Shown here one piece after another: positions 8,646 through 17,732 of a DNA stretch of 64,000 bases. A program made the translations under genes and the position numbers. The stretch's first letter is position 1; each line of letters opens with the position of its first letter. Origin of the DNA: an uncultured Gammaproteobacteria bacterium (GTDB lineage Bacteria > Patescibacteriota > Microgenomatia > UBA12405); NCBI GenBank assembly GCA_964628885.1, contig CAZVMP010000002.1:10330-74329 (forward strand). The letters are read 5' to 3'. The notes beneath the pieces were generated by a model that was not told the origin of the DNA, searched no databases, and saw only the letters and a program-made list of their open reading frames with translations.

Positions 8646-10028
8646 TCATTCCTTTCTTAGCGGGCAATGGTTTTTACCAGCATTCTTTTTTGCTGACATT
8701 TTACGTTGATTGTTTTTCCATATTTTTTTCCAGTCATCATGAAGCATGTTGCCAAAAGTTTGGCCGTTAAGCCAGCTTTGACAAGGGATAACCTCTCCTT
8801 GAGGAGAGATTGCCATGTTATACAAACAAGCTCCACAGGTTGGGTATAGATTAATTCCAATCTTTTTTAAAACATCTTCATCAAGCTGACCCGGGGAAGT
8901 AAAGCCAATGTTTACTCCAAGCTCTCGACAAGTTTCGACTGCTTTTTTTAAGATTAACTCAAGCGATTCGGCCGTTAGGTTGTTTCCATTTGAAATTTCA
9001 CCAATTGCCTTACCTGCTGGAATTAATCCAGAACAAGTAAAATAACGGACCCCAAGACTTGACAACATCTTAATCATTTCAGGATAATCTTGATTTAAAT
9101 TAAGCAGAGGAGTGTTTACTGAAGTTGATAAACCCGCTGATAGTGCATTTTTAATTCCTTCAACCGTTTTGTTCCAAGCTCCAACTCGACCAACCAATCT
9201 GTCATGAATTTTTGGATTAGAGGAGTATAGGGTTATTTGGATATTATCTAAACTTGCCCTGAATAGTCTTTTGGCCAAATTCACAGTTAGTCCGTAACCG
9301 TTTGTGTTAATTCTGGTTACAAACCATTTAGAATATTCAACCAAATTAATTATATCCTTACGATATAATGGCTCTCCTCCAGTAAAGGTAAGCATTGGAA
9401 CTCCGGCTTTCTTGCACTTATCAATTATTCTTTTCCAGTTTTTTGTTGATAATTCTTTATCAACAACCATCATTTCTGAATTTTCTGCGTAGCAACAACT
9501 ACAGTTTAACTGACATCGACGTTGCCCACCTTCTATCATTGACGAGACAATCAAGTCCATTCTTTGTGGTCCGTTAGCGTACTTTTGATATTCATCATAA
9601 GCATCTCCTTGTCCAATCTCTTCAGGAATTTCTCCGTTAGCTATTCCAATTGCTACTCTAATTATTTCATTCAAGTCAGCAATGACTTCATCTTTTTCTA
9701 CCCTGTAAAAGTGTCTCACTTTTTCGGCAACAGAAAAACAAATTTCCCCAAATTCTTCTTCAGTTATTTCTCTACTATCTGAGAAATTCTCTTGTAGTTC
9801 ATTGAAGAATGTCCGCAGAACCATTGACCACGAAGGGCCAACCGGTACCGCATAGTATCCATCAATAGTCAGTAAACTTGGTGGATCTTTCCAAAAACTT
9901 GGTTTTGGAGGAGTTAAGTGTAGTCTAACGCTTCCAGGTCCTTCTGGGTCAAGAGTTACATGGATCACCCCTTCGTTAAAAGCCTTAAGCTTTCTTCTGT
10001 AATCAGTTACCGATTTTGTAAATTTCAC
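8646..10028 (-). CDS. Radical SAM protein with PqqD/RRE-like N-terminus and SPASM/Twitch C-terminus
   Basis: CQLNCSCC (CxxxCxxC), FTGGEP, NTNG, QITLYS, CGAC...GEVIPC...FGNM; N-terminal AEKVRHFYRVEKDEVIADLNEII. GTG start with purine-rich SD. Confidence 0.9.
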   Translation of the reverse strand: MKFTKSVTDYRRKLKAFNEGVIHVTLDPEGPGSVRLHLTPPKPSFWKDPPSLLTIDGYYAVPVGPSWSMVLRTFFNELQENFSDSREITEEEFGEICFSVAEKVRHFYRVEKDEVIADLNEIIRVAIGIANGEIPEEIGQGDAYDEYQKYANGPQRMDLIVSSMIEGGQRRCQLNCSCCYAENSEMMVVDKELSTKNWKRIIDKCKKAGVPMLTFTGGEPLYRKDIINLVEYSKWFVTRINTNGYGLTVNLAKRLFRASLDNIQITLYSSNPKIHDRLVGRVGAWNKTVEGIKNALSAGLSTSVNTPLLNLNQDYPEMIKMLSSLGVRYFTCSGLIPAGKAIGEISNGNNLTAESLELILKKAVETCRELGVNIGFTSPGQLDEDVLKKIGINLYPTCGACLYNMAISPQGEVIPCQSWLNGQTFGNMLHDDWKKIWKNNQRKMSAKKNAGKNHCPLRKE

Positions 10029-10057
10029 TTTTAAAACCCCTTTCTTTATTACCTCTT

Positions 10058-10110
10058 TCGATGAGGTTATAACTAGGCCCCTTACTAAGACCTACTTATA
10101 ACCTCATCGA
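10058..10110 (-). promoter_or_regulatory. Long leader hairpin upstream of the radical SAM gene
   Basis: TCGATGAGGTTATAA and TTATAACCTCATCGA form a perfect 15-bp inverted repeat, extendable with G-U pairs on the minus strand. Confidence 0.7.
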
Positions 10111-10179
10111 TTAAAACTAGTTTATATTTTTAAAGTTCTATGTTTACGTATTTGCTTTAAATACGGACATATTTGTGGA

Positions 10180-10188
10180 AGTATAGCA
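10180..10188 (-). promoter_or_regulatory. Extended -10 promoter of the radical SAM operon
   Basis: Minus strand TGcTATACT, about 150 nt upstream of the GTG. Confidence 0.55.
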
Positions 10189-10282
10189 CACTATTAACTT
10201 ATAATATGATTTTATATAAACATTTCAATTTGTTTCTATGTATCTAGAGCTAGAAATAAAGAAAATAAGGTAAAATAGCACT

Positions 10283-10585
10283 ATGACATCAAAAAAAATT
10301 TCTCCAGAAGAAGTCAAACGTATCGCTCATTTAGCCCGACTCGAAATCAGTCCTCAAGATGAATTAACGCTTGCAGATCAATTATCAAAAACCGCCTCTT
10401 ATATTGAGATTCTATCCGAAATCGACACCACCAATGTTGCTCCAACTTTTCAAACTCATGGTCAAAAAAATATTACCCGAGACGATTTAGTTGGTGAATC
10501 CTTAACTCAAGAAGAAGCTTTATCTCAAGCCACTGACACTTATAATGGCTATTTTAAAACACAAGCAACTATTAATAAAAAATAA
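10283..10585 (+). CDS. gatC: Asp/Glu-tRNA amidotransferase subunit C
   Basis: EVKRIAHLARL motif; precedes gatA and gatB. Confidence 0.92.
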   Translation: MTSKKISPEEVKRIAHLARLEISPQDELTLADQLSKTASYIEILSEIDTTNVAPTFQTHGQKNITRDDLVGESLTQEEALSQATDTYNGYFKTQATINKK

Positions 10586-10587
10586 TT

Positions 10588-11976
10588 ATGAATTTAAATA
10601 CCTTAACCTTAATTGAGGCAATAAAAGGAATCAGAGAAAAAAAATTTTCTTCAACTGAGTTGGTTACTAGTTGTCTAACTAGAATTGAGCAGCTTGAACC
10701 AACTCTTAATGCTTTTGTTTCATTGAATAAAGATCAAGCTCTTAAAGAATCTAAATCAATTGATTTAGATAAACCGTTAGCCGGAATTCCTCTTTCCATT
10801 AAAGACAATTTTTGTATAAAAGGTTTTCGTACCACCGCTTCCAGTAAGTTGCTTGATAAATATATTGCTCAATATACTTCCACTGTTGTTCAAAAGTTGA
10901 TTGACGCTGGTGCCATTATAATTGGAAAAACCAATATGGATGCTTGGGCTCACGGTTCCTCAACTGAAACATCAGATTATGGTCCAACTAAAAATCCTTG
11001 GAATCCAAAGTATCTTCCTGGTGGTTCTTCTGGAGGGTCAGCAGCTTCAGTCGCTAGCCATGAAGTAATTGCTTCTATTGGGACCGAAACTGCTGGCTCA
11101 ATTCGTCAACCATCGGCTTGGTGTGGAGTTGTTGGTTTTAAACCAACCTATGGTCGGGTTAGTCGTTATGGAATTATTGCTATGGCTTCATCCATGGATT
11201 GCCCTGGTCCTATTACTAAAACTGTGGATGATACCGCTCTCTTACTCTCACTTATTTCCGGTCACGACCCTAAAGATGCTACCAGTTTACCTCACAAATC
11301 GTTTGTCTCACCGCCACCACTTAAAAATTTAAAAGGTCTGAAAATTGGACTTCCTACCGCCTATTTTCCTGACAAAATTAATCCCCAAATTAAAGATAGT
11401 CTTATTAAAGCCTCTCAGACTCTTAAAAAATTAGGTGCCGAAATTATTGAGATTGATGTTTTAGACCCCAAAATTTCTATTGCCACCTATACCATCTTAC
11501 AGCGCTCCGAAGTTTCTTCTAATCTTGGTCGTTATACTGGAATCCGCTATGGGGGACCCAGATCTGAGTTTGGGGATGAAGCTGTTCGTCGACTTATTTT
11601 AGGGACTCACACTTTATCTAGTGGCCACTATGATGCTTACTATCTCCAAGCCCAAAAGGTTAGAACTCTAATTATCAATGATTTTAACCGTCAGTTTTCT
11701 CAAGTTGACGCTATCATTGGACCAACTTCTCCTACCACCGCTCTTCCAGTTGGCGCCAGTCAGGGTCAAGCTATGTTTGGCGAAATGGCTGATTTGCTGG
11801 TTGAACCTTCAACCTTAGCTGGTCTTCCAGGTATTTCTCTTCCTTGTGGTTTTGTTGATGGACTCCCGGTTGGTCTTCAAATTATTACCCCACAGCTTCG
11901 CGAGGATCTAGCTATTAATATTGCCCGAGTCTTTGAAGCTAATACTGATTATCACTTACTGTCTCCTAAATTATGA
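10588..11976 (+). CDS. gatA: Asp/Glu-tRNA amidotransferase subunit A
   Basis: Amidase signature PGGSSGGSAA, GTETAGSIRQP and KPTYGRVSRYG. Confidence 0.95.
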   Translation: MNLNTLTLIEAIKGIREKKFSSTELVTSCLTRIEQLEPTLNAFVSLNKDQALKESKSIDLDKPLAGIPLSIKDNFCIKGFRTTASSKLLDKYIAQYTSTVVQKLIDAGAIIIGKTNMDAWAHGSSTETSDYGPTKNPWNPKYLPGGSSGGSAASVASHEVIASIGTETAGSIRQPSAWCGVVGFKPTYGRVSRYGIIAMASSMDCPGPITKTVDDTALLLSLISGHDPKDATSLPHKSFVSPPPLKNLKGLKIGLPTAYFPDKINPQIKDSLIKASQTLKKLGAEIIEIDVLDPKISIATYTILQRSEVSSNLGRYTGIRYGGPRSEFGDEAVRRLILGTHTLSSGHYDAYYLQAQKVRTLIINDFNRQFSQVDAIIGPTSPTTALPVGASQGQAMFGEMADLLVEPSTLAGLPGISLPCGFVDGLPVGLQIITPQLREDLAINIARVFEANTDYHLLSPKL

Positions 11977-12061
11977 AAGAAATAATATTTAATTTTTTAC
12001 CTTCTCCCTTTTTAAACAAAAAAGGTTTTAAAATTATCTTAAAATGGAGGAGATCTTTTTT

Positions 12062-13510
12062 ATGACAGTCACTCCTATTATTGGTTTAGAAATTCACTTT
12101 GAACTTCAAACCAAATCAAAGATGTTCTGCAGTTGCAGTGCTAGTCATTTTCAAGTTGAACCAAATACTCACACCTGTCCCGTCTGTTTGGGTCTCCCTG
12201 GAGCCCTTCCTGTTCCCAATCAGACCGCCTGTGATTACTGCATCAAAATTGGATTGGCTCTTGGTTGTACTATTAATCAAGAAACTTTTTTTGAAAGAAA
12301 AAATTATTTTTATCCTGATTTGCCAAAAAGTTATCAGATTACTCAGCTTCAACAACCTTTCTGTATTAATGGTCAGATAGTCGTCTCCGGACACACCATT
12401 AGAATTAATCGGGCGCACATGGAAGAAGATACTGGTAAATCAATTCATCAAAATATTAATGGAGTTGATTCGACTCTTTTAGATTACAATCGTTCAGGAG
12501 TTCCTTTAGTAGAAATTGTTTCTGAGCCCGACATCTTATCTCCGGAAATGGCCAAGGACTATCTTCTCAAGATACAACAAATTATTCGATATATTGGTAT
12601 TTCTGATGCCGACATTGAAAAAGGGAGTATGCGCTGTGAACCGACGGTCAACCTTAAAATTATAAACAAGGGTCAAACTTTTTATACCCCTCTAGTAGAA
12701 ATTAAAAATGTTGCCTCATTAACCGGTGTCCAAAACGCTATTCGCTATGAAATTGACCGACAGCAACAAGATTTTATTAATACCGGTCAGGTTAAATCAG
12801 CCAACAACAAAACCACTCGTGGTTGGGATGCTGTTAAAAATCAAACTTTTCTCCAGCGGGAAAAAGAGGGGAGTGCTGATTATCGTTATTTCCCCGAGCC
12901 AGATATTCCCCCGATTATCTTAACCAACGACCAGATCCAAGCTATAAAAGCCACTCTTCCAGAGTTACCGGAACAAAAAATTGCTCGATATCAGCAGGAT
13001 TTCCATTTAAATGATTATGACGCTAATTTATTAGCCTCAGATATAAATTTTGCCACTGGCTTTGAAACTGCTATCAGTCAAAACCAAACCCCTCAGATGA
13101 CTAAATTTGTTGCCAACCTGTTTCTTGGTCCCATTAAAACCTTCCTTAACGAATCTCAAGGCTCACTTGATTGTCAGAAAATAAAGCCAGTTTTCTTTAA
13201 TAATTTATTTACTGCCGTTTCTAAATCCCAAATCTCTGCCACCGTTGCTAAACAAGTAATTGTCGACAGCTATACCACTGGCGTTGACCCGGTAGAGATT
13301 GCTAAATCTAAAGGATTAATTCAAGTTTCTGACACCGACCAACTTCAAAAATTAGCCCAAATGGTGATTGATCAAAATCCTAAAGCTGTTACTGATTATC
13401 AAAAGAATCCCGCCTCTATTGGCTTTCTTATTGGTCAGTTAATGAAGGCTTCAGTTGGTTCTGCTAACCCACAGTTAGCCAGGGAAATTTTAGAAAAAAT
13501 TCTCCAATAA
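12062..13510 (+). CDS. gatB: Asp/Glu-tRNA amidotransferase subunit B
   Basis: IGLEIH, RKNYFYPDLPKSYQITQ, HMEEDTGK and DYRYFPEPD motifs. Confidence 0.95.
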   Translation: MTVTPIIGLEIHFELQTKSKMFCSCSASHFQVEPNTHTCPVCLGLPGALPVPNQTACDYCIKIGLALGCTINQETFFERKNYFYPDLPKSYQITQLQQPFCINGQIVVSGHTIRINRAHMEEDTGKSIHQNINGVDSTLLDYNRSGVPLVEIVSEPDILSPEMAKDYLLKIQQIIRYIGISDADIEKGSMRCEPTVNLKIINKGQTFYTPLVEIKNVASLTGVQNAIRYEIDRQQQDFINTGQVKSANNKTTRGWDAVKNQTFLQREKEGSADYRYFPEPDIPPIILTNDQIQAIKATLPELPEQKIARYQQDFHLNDYDANLLASDINFATGFETAISQNQTPQMTKFVANLFLGPIKTFLNESQGSLDCQKIKPVFFNNLFTAVSKSQISATVAKQVIVDSYTTGVDPVEIAKSKGLIQVSDTDQLQKLAQMVIDQNPKAVTDYQKNPASIGFLIGQLMKASVGSANPQLAREILEKILQ

Positions 13511-14101
13511 TTCGTTTAAGTTGGTGATATTTATAACTCCATTAAGTCCTTTTTTGTTATATCGATTTATCCAGACTAATCTTAAATCCGGTCTTAATTG
13601 TTTTAATCTTCCCACAACTTCTTTTCTATCATCAACCACCATTATCCCTTTAGGAAGTTTGTCAATGACTCTTTGATTTGTTTTTCTCCTTTCTATAATT
13701 ACCTGTTCGGGGTTAAATAAATCGGTAATTCCGGTTAACTCTAACTTCTTTTTTTGCCAATTTTTATTTCCTTGAGAATATACTCCTAAAACAAACCTTT
13801 TTGCCATCCTTTTTAAAACATCTTCAGATTCAGGAAATAGAATAAAATTACTTTTATCAAATAAAACTTGATTTAAACTTTCTTTTTTAACCCCATGTCG
13901 TCTCTCTATTTCTTCTAATAATTCATTAGGATCAAAATCTGTTGATGATTCTAAGCTAAGACGATAACTTTCAATTAACTGACCCATTTCTTCTTCCGCC
14001 ACTTGACATTTTTCTGCTAACTTTTCGGTATATTTTTTCCCACTAGCATTAGTGTCAAAAATTGTTTTATCTAAATCAAATAAAATTAGTCTTTCAGTCA
14101 T
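13490..14101 (-). CDS. HAD-superfamily hydrolase
   Basis: ILFDLDKT (DxD motif I) and MVVDD (motif IV). Confidence 0.8.
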   Translation of the reverse strand: MTERLILFDLDKTIFDTNASGKKYTEKLAEKCQVAEEEMGQLIESYRLSLESSTDFDPNELLEEIERRHGVKKESLNQVLFDKSNFILFPESEDVLKRMAKRFVLGVYSQGNKNWQKKKLELTGITDLFNPEQVIIERRKTNQRVIDKLPKGIMVVDDRKEVVGRLKQLRPDLRLVWINRYNKKGLNGVINITNLNELLENFF

Positions 14102-14137
14102 AACCATATTTTACCGTTTTTAAGTTAAAATAGACTA

Positions 14138-17100
14138 GTGGACAATATTTATCGTCAAAAATTTTTAACTGAATATAATCGTCTTAATCATGACCAAAAA
14201 TCAGCTGTTGACACTATCGAAGGTCCAGTTATTGTCATTGCTGGTGCTGGTACTGGTAAGACTCAAACTATTGCTGTTAGAATAGGAAAAATTTTAGAAG
14301 AAACTCAAATTAACCCTAGTAATATTCTCTGTCTTACTTTTACTGAAAATGCCACTATAAATATGAGAAACCGGCTAATTGGCTTAGTTGGTCCCGATGG
14401 TTATAGTGTTCGCATTTCTACTTTTCACGGCTTTTGTAATTCAGTTATTAAAGACCATCCGGAGTTCTTTTTAAAATCAGTTTTAGAATCTCAGGCTATT
14501 GATGATGTTACCCAAATTGAAATTATTAGATCTCTTATTGACCAACTCCCTCAAGATAGTTCTCTTAAAACCATCAATGCCCCTTATTTCTACCAAAAAA
14601 ATATTATTTCCTCACTTTCTTCTCTTAAAAAAGAAAATATTTCTCCTAATGATTTTCTCTCCCTAATTAACGACTCTTCTAATTTTGTTACTACCGCCAC
14701 CCCTGTTTTAGAAAAAATTAATTCTCTTCGGGCCTCCAAGAAAACTGAATCAGAAATTGTGGCTCATATTAGACTTTTGTCCACCAACCCTAATATCAAC
14801 ATTCTCTATCAGTCCCGTTTAATTTATTTTTTAAAATTGTTTGAATTAGGTCAAATTTCTCTTTCCCAACTCAAGCAAAAGACTAAAGACTTTATTCAAA
14901 AAACTGACACCAATCTTCCTAAAATTAAAGATTTATCTATAATTTATCAATCCTATCAACAAACCTTACAACAACGGGGGTTATATGACTATGAAGATAT
15001 GATCCTTTGGGTTATTGATGCTTTTACTCGCCATCCAGGACTTCTTTCTACTTATCAAGAAATGTATCAATATATTTTAGTTGATGAGTTCCAAGATACC
15101 AATTTTTCTCAAATGGGGATTATTAATCTTTTAGTTCAAAATCAAGACCAACCTAATATTTTTGTTGTTGGTGATGATGACCAGTCAATTTTTCGTTTTC
15201 AGGGAGCTAATATTGAAAATATTTTTGAATTCTATCAAAAATATCAACCTCATATCCACCGAGTTGTTCTTAGGAATAATTACCGTAGTCATCAGCTTAT
15301 TTTAGATTCTTCCAATGATGTTATTTCCCAAAATCAGGGTCGTATTGGTCAATATATTAAAGATATTGATAAATCTTTAATTTCTAACTCTAAGTTTGAT
15401 CCTGATCCTATAAATCTTTTTGTTGCCAACACCTCAACAGAGGAAAACTATTGGGTTTCTCAAAAAATTCGACAACTAATTGATTCCGGAGTTGAAGGCC
15501 AAGATATTGCTATACTTTATCGAAATAATGCCGATGTTGATGATCTTCTCCCATTTTTATCTCAAAACCAAATTCCTTATCTTCGTTCAGACTCTATCAA
15601 TATCTTAGAAACTCTAGAGATTCAACAATTACTAACTTTATTTAAATACCTCTCTCAACCACAGGATGATACTTCTTTATCACATCTACTTTCATTTAAC
15701 TTTCTCAATTTTCCTGCCTCTGATCTTTATAAACTTTTTCAAACCACTTACTCTCAAAAAAAAGATCTCTCTACTAGTATCTTAGATCAAGATTTTCTTA
15801 TTCAAAACCATTTCTCCCCAAAATTTATTAATAAACTTAATCGCTTTGTTATCAAAATTGCTAAGACTCAAAAGCAGAGTCATAATTTACCCGCCGACCA
15901 GCTTTTCAACATTATTATTCGACGTTTTGGTTTTTTAAAATTTATTCTTAAAAACAAACAAATAGATCTTCTTAAACAACTTAATACTCTTTATTCCCAT
16001 CTCAAGCAAACTCTTTCAGTTGAAAAAATCAGCCTCTTTGACTGGGTTGCTAAAATTGATCTTTTGTTTGAAAACAAATTATCATTAAACTCCTCTCCTT
16101 TAATTTCCGATATTCCTGGGTCTGTCCGTTTAATGACGGTCCACAAAGCTAAGGGGTTGGAATTTAAGCACGTTTTTATAATAAAAGTTTTGTCGGCCAA
16201 ATGGGATATTGTTTCTTCTAAATCTCAAATTAAATTACCTTTAGGAGTAGTTAAGTATGATTTAGAAAATGACAATCTTGAAGAAGATCGGCGTCTTTTT
16301 TATGTTGCTCTTACCCGAGCTATGCAACAGATTTATCTTTCTTATTCTAGATTAAACGATTCTCAAAAAGATCAGCCTCGCTCCCGTTTTATTACTGAAA
16401 TTGATCCTCAAAGAATTGAAACCATTTCCACCACTCCCAAAATAGAGTCTCAGGCCTTATCATCTTCCTTTAGTCTCAAGCCATCTCAGATTAAGTCAGA
16501 CAAACTTAAAGACTACCTTCATCAATATTTTGCAGAAAAATATCGCTTCAATGTTACCCATCTTAATTCTTATCTTAAATGTCCTTTATGTTTCTTTTTT
16601 AAGACCATTATGCGTTTACCTTATCCTAAGGCTAAATCAATGTCGTTTGGTAGCGGAGTTCATGGGGCCTTGGCCTATCTAACTCAAGTTTATAAAAAAG
16701 ATAATTATCTTATTTCTTTAGATAAATTTTTATCTGTCTTTGAAGATAATCTTAAAAAAGAAAACCTTGCTGACTCTGATTTTGAAATTCTTAAACACCA
16801 TGGCCGCCAAATTCTAACTGACTATTATCTTCACTACCAATCCAACTTTAATGGCACTTGCCTTACCGAACATGACTTCAGGTTTAAAAATGTTCGTCTT
16901 AACAATATTCCTCTGACTGGCCAAATAGATAAAATAGAATTTATTGGCGGCAATAAGGTTGAAGTTGTTGATTATAAAACTGGTAAGCCAGACTTCAAAT
17001 CTCAACAGTTAAGTTCTCAAGGAGACTACTTTCGTCAACTAGTTTTTTATAAATTACTTTGCTCCCAAACTAAATCTTTCCCCTACGAAGTTGTTTCTGG

Positions 17101-17308
17101 CACCATTGATTTTATTGAAAAAAATAAAAAAGGGGATTTTGTCCGTAAGACTTATCCTATTACTCAAGCCGATACCGATAAATTAAAAAAGCAAATTGAA
17201 ACTGTTTTTCAAAAAATTATTCACCTTGAGTTTACCCCTAATCCTGATTGTGATGACCCCGACCACCTTCATTATTTATTTGATACTTATTTTAAAAATG
17301 AAACTTAA
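14138..17308 (+). CDS. UvrD-family helicase fused to a C-terminal PD-(D/E)XK nuclease (AdnAB/AddA-like)
   Basis: AGAGTGKT, VDEFQD, TVHKAKGLEF and RRLFYVALTRA; C-terminal GQIDKIE...VVDYKTG and QLVFY. Confidence 0.88.
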   Translation: MDNIYRQKFLTEYNRLNHDQKSAVDTIEGPVIVIAGAGTGKTQTIAVRIGKILEETQINPSNILCLTFTENATINMRNRLIGLVGPDGYSVRISTFHGFCNSVIKDHPEFFLKSVLESQAIDDVTQIEIIRSLIDQLPQDSSLKTINAPYFYQKNIISSLSSLKKENISPNDFLSLINDSSNFVTTATPVLEKINSLRASKKTESEIVAHIRLLSTNPNINILYQSRLIYFLKLFELGQISLSQLKQKTKDFIQKTDTNLPKIKDLSIIYQSYQQTLQQRGLYDYEDMILWVIDAFTRHPGLLSTYQEMYQYILVDEFQDTNFSQMGIINLLVQNQDQPNIFVVGDDDQSIFRFQGANIENIFEFYQKYQPHIHRVVLRNNYRSHQLILDSSNDVISQNQGRIGQYIKDIDKSLISNSKFDPDPINLFVANTSTEENYWVSQKIRQLIDSGVEGQDIAILYRNNADVDDLLPFLSQNQIPYLRSDSINILETLEIQQLLTLFKYLSQPQDDTSLSHLLSFNFLNFPASDLYKLFQTTYSQKKDLSTSILDQDFLIQNHFSPKFINKLNRFVIKIAKTQKQSHNLPADQLFNIIIRRFGFLKFILKNKQIDLLKQLNTLYSHLKQTLSVEKISLFDWVAKIDLLFENKLSLNSSPLISDIPGSVRLMTVHKAKGLEFKHVFIIKVLSAKWDIVSSKSQIKLPLGVVKYDLENDNLEEDRRLFYVALTRAMQQIYLSYSRLNDSQKDQPRSRFITEIDPQRIETISTTPKIESQALSSSFSLKPSQIKSDKLKDYLHQYFAEKYRFNVTHLNSYLKCPLCFFFKTIMRLPYPKAKSMSFGSGVHGALAYLTQVYKKDNYLISLDKFLSVFEDNLKKENLADSDFEILKHHGRQILTDYYLHYQSNFNGTCLTEHDFRFKNVRLNNIPLTGQIDKIEFIGGNKVEVVDYKTGKPDFKSQQLSSQGDYFRQLVFYKLLCSQTKSFPYEVVSGTIDFIEKNKKGDFVRKTYPITQADTDKLKKQIETVFQKIIHLEFTPNPDCDDPDHLHYLFDTYFKNET

Positions 17309-17729
17309 AATTAAACGTTTTGATAAATCTTTACCCCTCCCAGTTCATAAAACTGCTGGGGCCGTAGCCGTTGATCTTTATAGTCGTTTAAAGGTAACAA
17401 TTAGCCCTAAAGAAATTTCCTATATCCCTATGAATGTCGCCATTAAAATCCCTGACGGTTATTTTATTCTTATGGCTCCCCGGTCTTCCACTCACAAGTT
17501 GGGTTTAGTTGGTCTTAACGGAGTTGGTATTTTTGATCGGGATTATTGTGGTGATAACGATGAATATCATTTTATTGTTTATAATTTTAGCGACCATTCT
17601 GTTACCATCGACAAAGGCACTCGCCTTTGCCAACTTTTATTAATTAAGTGTCAACATTTTGATTTTGACGAAGTTGATTCCATTAGTAAAATCTCTCGCG
17701 GCGGCATTGGTTCAACTGGGGTAAAATAG
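17298..17729 (+). CDS. dut: dUTP diphosphatase
   Basis: GAVAVDL, APRSS, GIFDRDYCG and RGGIGSTG motifs. Confidence 0.9.
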   Translation: MKLKIKRFDKSLPLPVHKTAGAVAVDLYSRLKVTISPKEISYIPMNVAIKIPDGYFILMAPRSSTHKLGLVGLNGVGIFDRDYCGDNDEYHFIVYNFSDHSVTIDKGTRLCQLLLIKCQHFDFDEVDSISKISRGGIGSTGVK

Positions 17730-17732
17730 TTT

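Noticed and set aside
8657-8860. 67-aa alternate-frame ORF as a hidden precursor or frameshifted SPASM continuation
   Set aside because: It lies wholly inside the radical SAM gene, its three Cys do not form a SPASM pattern, and it has no evident SD.
10029-10282. Small precursor peptide gene upstream of the radical SAM
   Set aside because: No convincing Cys-rich ORF with a start signal was found; the region reads as promoter and leader.
6362-10282. Calling the radical SAM operon a mobile element
   Set aside because: No integrase, transposase, att site or target duplication was seen. The composition difference is confounded by strand skew shared with other minus-strand genes.
11977-12061. CTTCTCC...GGAGGAG inverted similarity between gatA and gatB as a REP or MITE remnant
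   Set aside because: Short, imperfect and single-copy in the window; GGAGGAG also serves as a plausible gatB SD.
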